Shown: positions 7,778 through 15,555 of the stretch, in pieces
How positions within the stretch are numbered: the stretch's first letter is position 1
Layout: every line of letters begins with the position of its first letter
Source: Methanosphaera stadtmanae DSM 3091
GTDB lineage: Archaea; Methanobacteriota; Methanobacteria; Methanobacteriales; Methanobacteriaceae
Reading direction: 5' to 3'
Length of the DNA: 32,000 nt
Assembly (NCBI RefSeq): GCF_000012545.1
Contig: NC_007681.1
Span: 1,735,404 to 1,767,403 of the forward strand
Translations under genes and position numbers: made by a program
Notes under the pieces: model-generated
What the model saw: only the letters and a program-made list of their open reading frames with translations
The model's database searches: none
What the model was told of the DNA's origin: nothing

Positions 7778-9403
7778 TTATATGTTCTTAAATTTAGAAG
7801 ACAATATTGAATATAATTTAATGTACTTTCCATATTCAGTATTTTCCATAGTATTATATTTGAAATATAATTCCATATTCCTATTAAATGTTCTTATATC
7901 ACCCAATGCTATTGAATATATTATGTACTTATTTATCTGATTCATATCTGGAGGATATTGTTTAATTAAATTATAATCTGTAAGATATAATTCAAAATTC
8001 TTCCAATTATTATAATATTTAATTCCATAGTTGGTCCATTGTCGTGGAACTTTATATGAAAGTACTGCTGTTAGTATTATAACAGGAATTAGAATTATTG
8101 TTGCTCTAAATGCCCAATTTATAGTTGGCACGTCCGGTTGTAATGATAAAACATAGTATAAAGCCCCTATAACATAAATACTTGTTATTATTGAATATAT
8201 TTTATATAGTTTTTGACTTGTGTTTTGGAAAAAATCCATTTTATTTCTATAAATAGATTCATATGATTTTTTCATCCATTTACTTATAAATTTATTAAAA
8301 GATACTTCATCTATTTTATCAATTATAACTTGATTTTTATTTTTTTGATTAATAAAAAAGTTAAGTATATCAATTTCATAATCTAATAGATGTGACTCTT
8401 TATTATTTATTTTAAAAGTTGTATCATCTATAAATTCAATATATTTTTTATCTACTAAATCAACAACTGTTGCATAAAACCCATCTATAGTCACATAATT
8501 ACCATTTCCATGTATAATATTATTTATAAATAATGGTGAATCATTATATGGTATTTTTTGTATTATTTTATTATTTGATGTTTTTGGTTGTCTATTATAT
8601 TTATAATAGATTCCAAGAGGCGTTAGTAGTAGTATTATAGATAATACACAAGTTATGTATGTTACCATATAATTATAATTCAAATTATCCTCATATTTTT
8701 CTTGATTATCTTCTATAGAATTTTTTGCATCTATATTTACTACGTTTGCATTTATTGTTGTGTTAAATTGTGATTTAGGTATTATTAGAATCTGTTGTGC
8801 TGTTTTATTTGCTTCAATACTTCTAAATCTTGTTTGTAAAGTGTTATGTGTAATCCATATGTTACTTGAGACATAATATGATGGATTTGTCCAGAATTCT
8901 ACATTTTCATGATTCTTTGGTAATTGAATGTAAGTTGTCATTCTTACAACACCACTATCCATATCCCATGCATCATATTTAAATTCTGCAACATCATTAT
9001 ACATTGTTATGGCCCTTGTTTTTTTATAATGATAGATTACATTAGCACTTTGATTAACAACAGGCTTTGTTTTTTCAGCATCAGAATATAATGATACATG
9101 AATTTGAACACCATTTGATGTATTTGATATGTTGTAGTTATTATAAAATCCTGGTGTTTCAATAGAAATATTAGATATTTCCTGATTATCATCTAATTGA
9201 ATATTTCTATAGATATTAGGATGTAATCTGAGAGTATAATTAAAATCCTCAGTTATATTTACACATCCATCCTCTTGTATTGAAACTATTTTTTTTACAA
9301 AAACATTATCTTTATCATCATTTGCTGATGAAAATGAAAGTAACATTAAAATAAAAAATATTATTGTGAGTATTTTTAATGCTGTGACTGTTTTTTTATT
9401 CAT
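7778..9403 (-). CDS. DUF2207-family membrane protein (paralog A), lacking the Gly-rich tail
   Basis: 541 aa with the same architecture as 5922..7688. Alignable blocks include ISVETPGYYN/ISIETPGFYN, VIYHY, AE(L/F)(Q/K)YK.W, TYIQ(I/L)P, W(K/N)NFE.Y..DY(S/N)LIK(E/Q)YPP. It ends ...SILSSKFKNI without a glycine tail. Confidence 0.7.
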   Translation of the reverse strand: MNKKTVTALKILTIIFFILMLLSFSSANDDKDNVFVKKIVSIQEDGCVNITEDFNYTLRLHPNIYRNIQLDDNQEISNISIETPGFYNNYNISNTSNGVQIHVSLYSDAEKTKPVVNQSANVIYHYKKTRAITMYNDVAEFKYDAWDMDSGVVRMTTYIQLPKNHENVEFWTNPSYYVSSNIWITHNTLQTRFRSIEANKTAQQILIIPKSQFNTTINANVVNIDAKNSIEDNQEKYEDNLNYNYMVTYITCVLSIILLLTPLGIYYKYNRQPKTSNNKIIQKIPYNDSPLFINNIIHGNGNYVTIDGFYATVVDLVDKKYIEFIDDTTFKINNKESHLLDYEIDILNFFINQKNKNQVIIDKIDEVSFNKFISKWMKKSYESIYRNKMDFFQNTSQKLYKIYSIITSIYVIGALYYVLSLQPDVPTINWAFRATIILIPVIILTAVLSYKVPRQWTNYGIKYYNNWKNFELYLTDYNLIKQYPPDMNQINKYIIYSIALGDIRTFNRNMELYFKYNTMENTEYGKYIKLYSILSSKFKNI

Positions 9404-9512
9404 AAAATCACCAAAACAAACACTTTTTTAGTTAATAATAATAGTATATAATTAAAAATTAATTAAATTTAAGTGAAAATAAAAAAATAAAAATAAAAAA
9501 AGTTTAAATAAA

Positions 9513-10067
9513 TTAGAATTTTACTTTTGGTGTTGCCCTAGTACCTTCTTGAGCTTCAAAGAATTCTGATTCTTCAAAGTGGAATAATTTTGCTATAATA
9601 TTACTAGGGAATTGTTCACATAAATTATTATATTTAAGAACTGTATCATTATAGAATTGTCTTGCATATGATATTTTATCTTCAGTATCTGACAATTCTT
9701 CTTGTAGCTCTAAGAAATTCTTATTAGCCTTTAATTCAGGATATGCTTCTGCTACTGCAAATAATGATTTAAGTGCACCAGTTAACATGTTATCAGCTTC
9801 AGCAACTTCTTTTACAGATGTTGCATTTGCCATGTTTGCTCTTGCCTTAGTTACTTCTTCAAATGTACTTTTTTCATGACCTGCATATCCTTTTACAGTT
9901 TCTACTATATTAGGTATTAAATCATTACGTCTTTGAAGTTGTACATCAATTTGACTCCATGAATTTTTAACTTTATTACGACCATTTACTAAGTCATTAT
10001 AGAATTTCACTACTAAAGCTAATACTATTATAATTAACAAAATTACAATTATCAATAGCCAATCCAT
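9513..10067 (-). CDS. lemA: LemA family protein
   Basis: N-terminal TM segment, then [55 protein letters not shown]..., the classic LemA signature. I chose the start at 10067 (MDWLL...) because GGGAGG lies 7 nt upstream; the track start at 10112 adds 15 unsupported codons. Confidence 0.85.
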   Translation of the reverse strand: MDWLLIIVILLIIIVLALVVKFYNDLVNGRNKVKNSWSQIDVQLQRRNDLIPNIVETVKGYAGHEKSTFEEVTKARANMANATSVKEVAEADNMLTGALKSLFAVAEAYPELKANKNFLELQEELSDTEDKISYARQFYNDTVLKYNNLCEQFPSNIIAKLFHFEESEFFEAQEGTRATPKVKF

Positions 10068-10211
10068 ACCATAACCTCCCTTAACATTACTTATTAACCA
10101 ATGATAAAACATTATTAATAGATTAATATTTTATTTCTAAGAATTAATATAAAAAGTTTCTTTAATAAAAAAGATTAAAGTAGTTTATAATAAAAAAAGG
10201 AGAAATAGCAT

Positions 10212-11339
10212 ATGAGTACTTTTCAAGATTTACAGCTTTTATCAGATGCAGCATATTATGATAGATGTAACTATGTTAATTATAATGTAGATAACATTCT
10301 CAAAGAAACTGATAAACTTAAAGATGGAATATACCATGCAAAGGCGGGAAATAGAGAAGTACCTTTATTTAAAATATTAATGACCAATCAATGTAATAAT
10401 GATTGTGCATACTGTACCAACTGTATGAAACATAAGTACCAAAGAGCCCATATTGGTCCTGATGCTCTTGCACGTATATATATGCAGTATTATGAGAATA
10501 ATATTGTTGAAGGCATATTTTTAAGTTCTGGAATTATAAAAGATGCTGATAGAACTATGGAAGAGATGAATCATGCAGCATATCTTCTTAGAAATAAATA
10601 CTCCTATAAGGGTTATATTCATCTTAAAGTAATTCCTGGAGCAAGTAAAGATCATATAAAACATGCAATGCAACTAGCAGACAGAGTAAGTATCAACATT
10701 GAAGCTGCTACAAAGGATGGATTAAGTGATTTATCAAGTACAAAAAACTACGATAAAGACATACTCAAACGCTTAGATTGGATTGATAGACTCCATAAAA
10801 AAAATCATAGTCTGGCAAGTAGTGGACATACAACCCAGATTATTGTTGGTGCTAACGAAGAAAATGATGAAGATATATTAAATAGAATAGATTATCTTAA
10901 AAAGAAATACAACGTTCTTTATAACTATTTCAGTAGTTTTAGACCAATAAAGGGAACACCTCTTGAAAATCATGAAGCATGTGATAATAAACGAACAGGA
11001 AGATTATATCAAATGGAATATCTTTTTTCAAAGTATAATTTTACAAAAAAAGATATTGTTTTAGATGATAATGGATTTTTAGATTTAAATAACGATCCAA
11101 AATACAATATTGCATTAGAAAATATGGATAAATACCCCCTTGATGTAAATACTGCTAAATACAAAGAATTAATTAAAGTTCCAGGTATTGGATTAAAATC
11201 AGCACGACGTATAACCCATCTTCAAAAAATAGGACGTAAAATAAATAATTTAAAACAGTTACAAGAGCTTGGTGTCAATATTAACCAATGTAAAATATTT
11301 GTTAAAGTTGGTGGCTCATATCAAAGTACACTACTATAA
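10212..11339 (+). CDS. Radical SAM protein with a C-terminal helix-hairpin-helix: putative DNA modification/repair radical SAM family
   Basis: LQLLSDAAYYDRC..., LFKILMTNQCNNDCAYCTNC (CX3CX2C), IVEGIFLSSGIIKDADRTMEEM, YKGYIHLKVIPGASKDHIKHAMQLADRVSINIEA, and a C-terminal HhH (LIKVPGIGLKSARRI). From memory, this resembles the bacterial family usually paired with a DUF4130/UDG-like protein. AGGAG SD present. Confidence 0.7.
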   Translation: MSTFQDLQLLSDAAYYDRCNYVNYNVDNILKETDKLKDGIYHAKAGNREVPLFKILMTNQCNNDCAYCTNCMKHKYQRAHIGPDALARIYMQYYENNIVEGIFLSSGIIKDADRTMEEMNHAAYLLRNKYSYKGYIHLKVIPGASKDHIKHAMQLADRVSINIEAATKDGLSDLSSTKNYDKDILKRLDWIDRLHKKNHSLASSGHTTQIIVGANEENDEDILNRIDYLKKKYNVLYNYFSSFRPIKGTPLENHEACDNKRTGRLYQMEYLFSKYNFTKKDIVLDDNGFLDLNNDPKYNIALENMDKYPLDVNTAKYKELIKVPGIGLKSARRITHLQKIGRKINNLKQLQELGVNINQCKIFVKVGGSYQSTLL

Positions 11340-11434
11340 AAAAAGATAATACAAGTAACAATCTATGTTACTCTCCAGTATAAGTTTTAATCTAAAAAAA
11401 ACTTATGGGATATAATTATGTTAAATTTTTTAGA

Positions 11435-11755
11435 TTATAAATCTTCAAAAATATCCCAAATTTCAGGATATTTCTTAGCTATAGCTTCTTCTAATATATA
11501 TGAAGCTTCACTACTAATACTAAATTCAGGTGTTGTTTTCTTAAGATATCTTAAACATGCAGCAGATTTAGCAGACCATAAACTTATTCTTGGATTTTTT
11601 TCTATTTCATCCTTAATTTCTTGAATTTTTTCATCAGATAATGCATAATTATTATTATTTTCATTCTCAGATTTAACATTCTTCTTTTGTTTTTTTGTAG
11701 TTTCAGGTTTTTGTATTAGAGCATCTAATCCTCTTCCCAATGCATTATCACTCAT
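11435..11755 (-). CDS. Small protein carrying a ParB-type N-terminal ParA-interaction peptide; candidate partition adaptor (SegB/ParG-like)
   Basis: 106 aa from the ATG at 11755, with SD AGGTGA 5 nt upstream; the track uses the GTG at 11764. The N-terminus is MSDNALGRGLDALIQ, followed by a Lys/Asn-rich linker and a C-terminal beta-alpha-alpha-like segment (RISLWS/AKSAACLRYLKK/ISSEASYILEEAIAKKY). It overlaps the parA stop by 8 nt (ATGAGTGA). Confidence 0.55.
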   Translation of the reverse strand: MSDNALGRGLDALIQKPETTKKQKKNVKSENENNNNYALSDEKIQEIKDEIEKNPRISLWSAKSAACLRYLKKTTPEFSISSEASYILEEAIAKKYPEIWDIFEDL

Positions 11756-12530
11756 TAGATTCACCTTCTAATTTAATTAATTCTTCAGCTAGTTTCATAT
11801 AAGATTTAGTTCCATTACACTCTGGATCATATGTGATACATGGTTGTCCATGACTTGGTGCTTCAGCTAATTTTACATTACGTGGTATTTTTTCTTTAAA
11901 AATGTATTCAGTATCTTTAAAGAATGTTTTAACATTATCAACCACGTCCCTAGCCAATCTAGTTCTAGGATCATATAATGTAATTAATATACCTTTAATA
12001 GGACATGGATTATTTAATCTAGATTCTACTAAATTAATAGTTTTAAGTAAATCAGCCATTCCTTCCAATGCATAAAATTCTGATTGAATTGGAATAATAA
12101 CACTATCAGTTGCTACTAATGCATTTAATGTTAGTATACTTAGTGATGGTGGAGCATCGATAAATACATAATCAAACATATTACATTTATCTTCTATTTT
12201 TTCATTTAAAATATAATGATAACCTATCTCTTTAGTTAGTTCCATTTCTGCCCCACTTAAGGATATGTTACTTGGAATAACATATAAATTAGGAGTTGAT
12301 GTCTCCATAATTGCCTCATCAAATGAACATTTACCTAGAAGCAAAGCATAAGTTGATGTTTCAATTTCACTCTTATTTATTCCCAAACTTGTTGTTGCAT
12401 TACCCTGAGGATCTATATCAATTACCAACACTTTTCTACCTAGTTGAGCCAGTGCTGCTCCAAGATTTACTGCAGTTGTTGTTTTTCCACAACCACCTTT
12501 TTGATTTAATATTGTTATAATTTCACTCAT
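11748..12530 (-). CDS. parA: ParA/Soj-family partition ATPase (deviant Walker A)
   Basis: IITILNQKGGCGKTTTAVNLGAALAQLGRKVLVIDIDPQGNATTSLGI..., VFIDAPPSLS, IPIQSEFYALEG. Close in pattern to bacterial chromosomal Soj. Confidence 0.88.
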   Translation of the reverse strand: MSEIITILNQKGGCGKTTTAVNLGAALAQLGRKVLVIDIDPQGNATTSLGINKSEIETSTYALLLGKCSFDEAIMETSTPNLYVIPSNISLSGAEMELTKEIGYHYILNEKIEDKCNMFDYVFIDAPPSLSILTLNALVATDSVIIPIQSEFYALEGMADLLKTINLVESRLNNPCPIKGILITLYDPRTRLARDVVDNVKTFFKDTEYIFKEKIPRNVKLAEAPSHGQPCITYDPECNGTKSYMKLAEELIKLEGESNE

Positions 12531-12602
12531 ATACTAACTCCTAAAAGAATTAATTACATCTTTTTTTCTATAATAATATTTATATAACAACATACTATTT
12601 AT

Positions 12603-12689
12603 AAGTTATAAAAGTAAAAGTTATAACTTAATAAATAAAAAGTTATACTTAAAATAGCTATTTGCACTTAATTATACAAAAAAGTTATT
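12603..12689. promoter_or_regulatory. Array of four AAGTTAT(A/T) motifs, including a perfect 12-bp palindrome, upstream of parA (candidate operator or centromere-like site)
   Basis: AAGTTATA at 12603, 12618 and 12640; AAGTTATT at 12682. 12618..12629 is AAGTTATAACTT (perfect palindrome). 12640..12650 is AAGTTATACTT (near-palindrome). The array lies 73-160 nt upstream of the parA ATG (12530). Confidence 0.3.
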
Positions 12690-12697
12690 GAAAGACT

Positions 12698-12720
12698 AAA
12701 AAAGAAAAAAAGAAAAAAAA
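12698..12720 (-). terminator. Oligo-T terminator candidate after the surface-protein gene
   Basis: Minus strand, directly after the TAA (12726..12724): gta TTTTTTTT c TTTTTTT c TTTT. These are consecutive T8/T7/T4 runs. Confidence 0.45.
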
Positions 12721-12723
12721 TAC

Positions 12724-15255
12724 TTATATAACTTCAACAGTAGCATTTAATTCACTTTCATAGAAGTTTGATGAACCAGAATAGAGAAGTGTTAATTTAA
12801 ATACTGAACCTGATTTAGCATTTTTAGGAATTGTATATTTAAATATTGCCTTGTTATCTTTAATAGGAGCAGTTAATGTTTTATTATTAATCTGATATAA
12901 TTTATCATTAACTTTCAAACTTATATTACCACTTGAAGCAATATTTCCTGTTACTAATCCATTTACTGAAACTGCTAAGTATAACACTTCACCTGGACCT
13001 ACAAATTCAAATGAAGGATCAAAATACGGATGATATTGATCATAGGGTATGAATGATATTACTGATTGTTGTTTTTTAATTGTAAGGGTTTTATTTAATT
13101 CATATCTTGCATATTTATCATCTTGTACATGTATATATTGTAACTTATAGTCTTTTACAGAATAATTTGGTATTACAAAACTATTCTCAAATTTTCCATT
13201 TACTATAGGACAAGATAAAGGTGCATTCCAACCCATCACTGTTTTACCATTTATTTTAATTATAATACTACCATTATTTAAAGGATGTCCAAATTCATCT
13301 TTTACTGTTCCTTTAACAGAAACTCCTCCTCCAGCATAACAGGTTATGTCACTGGCATTGATTATGACTTTTGTTAATGGATCTTCTTTGTTAGTTATTG
13401 ATAAAATCCTATTTGCTTCTGAACGGTCATATAAACCTATAAGACCATATGCAAATGTTAATTCATAATTTTTAAGTCCCATATTATGTATTACTTTTTT
13501 AAATTCAAAAGTTCCATTTATTACAGGTACAAACTCCACTGTATTACCATTTAATTTATATAAAATATTACCGCCATTTACAAGTTTCTGGTTACTGTCT
13601 ACAACCTTTCCAGTCATAGTTAATAAGCCACCATTATATGTTTCATAATCATCCACTAGTATTGTGGTTGATTTCATTTTTTCATCATTATTTATGATTA
13701 ATGTTTTATTTAATTCATATCTATCATATTTATCATTTGCAACATAAACATATTGTAAGTTATATTTTTTAGCCTCATAATTAGGAATAGTATATGTGTA
13801 ATTAATTTTATTATTTGTAATATTACTTATGAGATGTGTTTTACCATTTAATTTAATTACAATTTTACCATAAGGTACTACTTTATTATGTTCATCAAGA
13901 ACATAACCATTGACATTTACTTTATCACCAGGATGAGCTGCAATATTACCTGCAACAATTTTAACATTGACTAGTTTATTAGGAAGAGTTAATGTTTTAT
14001 TTAATTCATATCTGGCATATTTACTATTTTGAAGATAAACATACTGTAACTTGTATACTCCTTTATTCCAATTAGGAATACGGTATGTGCAATTAAATTT
14101 ATTATCTTCAATAATACATGAAGTATAAGTGTTACCATTTATTTTAATAAATAATTTACCAGTAGATACTATGCGATTATATTCATCAACAACATAACCA
14201 TTAAATGTTACATTATCACCAGGATAAGCTGAAACACTATTTGCAACAACACGAACATTGAATAATTTATTAGTAATATTTAATGTTTTATTTAATTCAT
14301 ATCTAGCATATTTACTATTTTGAAGATAAACATACTGTAACTTGTATACTCCTGTCTTTAAATTAGGAATACGGTATGTGCAATTGAATTTATTATCTTC
14401 AATAATACATGAAGTATAAGTTTTACCATTGATTTTAATAAATAATTTACCAACAGGTACAGTTTTATTAAATTCATCAACAACATAACCATTAAATGTT
14501 ACATTATCACCAGGATGAACTGTAATACTATTTGCAACAACACGAACATTGAATAAATTATTAGTAATATTTAATGTTTTATTTAATTCATATCTATCAT
14601 ATTTACTATTTTGAAGATAAACATACTGTAACTTATATATTCCAGCATTTAAATTAGGAATACGGTATGTGCAATTGAATTTATTATCTTTAATAATACA
14701 TGAAGTATATGTGTCACCATTTATTTTTATAAATAATTTACCAGTAGATACTGTTTTATTATGTTCATCAACAACATAACCACTGATATTTACATTATTA
14801 CCAGGATGAGTAGTAATATCACCTGCAACAACCCTTACTTTGGTTAAATTATTTGTATTTTCAGATTGTTTTAATGATTTATCTTTCACTGATGTATTTA
14901 CGTTTTTAGAATTAATTGAATTTTCTTTATTAGAATCATTTTTTAAAGTAGTTTGTTTAGAGTTGATATTATTTTGTTTTGTTGTATTTGTTTTAATAGA
15001 ATTAGTTTCATCATATGTTTTATCTGATTTTTTAGTGTTATTTACTTTAATTTTATCTATCTTATTATATTCGTTAGTTTTTTGAATTTTATTATCCTTA
15101 GTAGAAATACATGTATTATTACTTACTACATGAGTATTATCTAAAGTAGTTATTTTTTCATTAGAAATAGTTGTTGTATCATTACTTGCAAAAGAAGCTC
15201 CTACAAGTAACAAACAAAGAATAATAAATAAACTAAAATATTTTATTATTTTCAT
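12724..15255 (-). CDS. Secreted adhesin-like surface protein with seven ~97-114-aa Ig-like repeat modules and an Asn/Lys/Thr-rich N-terminal low-complexity region
   Basis: 843 aa. Signal peptide MKIIKYFSLFIILCLLLVGASFA. Residues ~24-136 are N/K/T/S-rich. Seven modules follow with the recurring pattern V.(V/I)VA..I...PG..V...G.V.DE.N..V..GK..IK(I/L)NG.T......(D/N)NKF...Y.IPN......YKLQY.Y......Y.RYELNKTL. Confidence 0.85.
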   Translation of the reverse strand: MKIIKYFSLFIILCLLLVGASFASNDTTTISNEKITTLDNTHVVSNNTCISTKDNKIQKTNEYNKIDKIKVNNTKKSDKTYDETNSIKTNTTKQNNINSKQTTLKNDSNKENSINSKNVNTSVKDKSLKQSENTNNLTKVRVVAGDITTHPGNNVNISGYVVDEHNKTVSTGKLFIKINGDTYTSCIIKDNKFNCTYRIPNLNAGIYKLQYVYLQNSKYDRYELNKTLNITNNLFNVRVVANSITVHPGDNVTFNGYVVDEFNKTVPVGKLFIKINGKTYTSCIIEDNKFNCTYRIPNLKTGVYKLQYVYLQNSKYARYELNKTLNITNKLFNVRVVANSVSAYPGDNVTFNGYVVDEYNRIVSTGKLFIKINGNTYTSCIIEDNKFNCTYRIPNWNKGVYKLQYVYLQNSKYARYELNKTLTLPNKLVNVKIVAGNIAAHPGDKVNVNGYVLDEHNKVVPYGKIVIKLNGKTHLISNITNNKINYTYTIPNYEAKKYNLQYVYVANDKYDRYELNKTLIINNDEKMKSTTILVDDYETYNGGLLTMTGKVVDSNQKLVNGGNILYKLNGNTVEFVPVINGTFEFKKVIHNMGLKNYELTFAYGLIGLYDRSEANRILSITNKEDPLTKVIINASDITCYAGGGVSVKGTVKDEFGHPLNNGSIIIKINGKTVMGWNAPLSCPIVNGKFENSFVIPNYSVKDYKLQYIHVQDDKYARYELNKTLTIKKQQSVISFIPYDQYHPYFDPSFEFVGPGEVLYLAVSVNGLVTGNIASSGNISLKVNDKLYQINNKTLTAPIKDNKAIFKYTIPKNAKSGSVFKLTLLYSGSSNFYESELNATVEVI
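13684..14847 (-). repeat. Four tandem 291-nt (97-codon) repeats inside the surface-protein gene; the first three (13975..14847) are near-identical at nucleotide level
   Basis: Units are at 14847..14557, 14556..14266, 14265..13975 and 13974..13684. Long identical runs occur between units, for example taatgttttatttaattcatatct.gcatatttactattttgaagataaacatactgtaacttgtatactcc. Confidence 0.9.
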
Positions 15256-15555
15256 TTTCTTTTAAAACCTTCCGAGAAGATAGTAAAAAAAGATATTAAA
15301 ATCTTTTTTATACTACAATCTCATTTTATAATAAAAAAGATTCATATTAAAAATAAATCTTCTATATTATTTTTTCATATTTGAATATATATAAAATTTA
15401 ATATAATAAATAAGTAATTGTTATAGTTTTCATTTATATTGAAATTCAATGTATGAAAATTATTTAAAATTTAAAAAAAAATTAAATATTCACCTAAAAT
15501 ATATTTTAAATAAAAAGATTAAAAAAAAGAGGAATAATTAAGATATAATACTACC

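Noticed and set aside
9513-10112. Longer track starts for lemA (10112) and cbiH (26306).
   Set aside because: In each case an internal ATG (10067 and 26267) is preceded by GGGAGG/GGAGG at canonical spacing and begins where family conservation starts. The upstream extensions have no SD and encode non-conserved residues.
15270-15277. The 8-mer TTCCGAGA (TCTCGGAA on the coding strand) is shared by the 5' leaders of the surface-protein gene (15270..15277) and thrS (17423..17430).
   Set aside because: There are only two occurrences of an 8-mer, at different distances from the ATG (15 versus 23 nt), with no flanking similarity. That is insufficient to call a motif.
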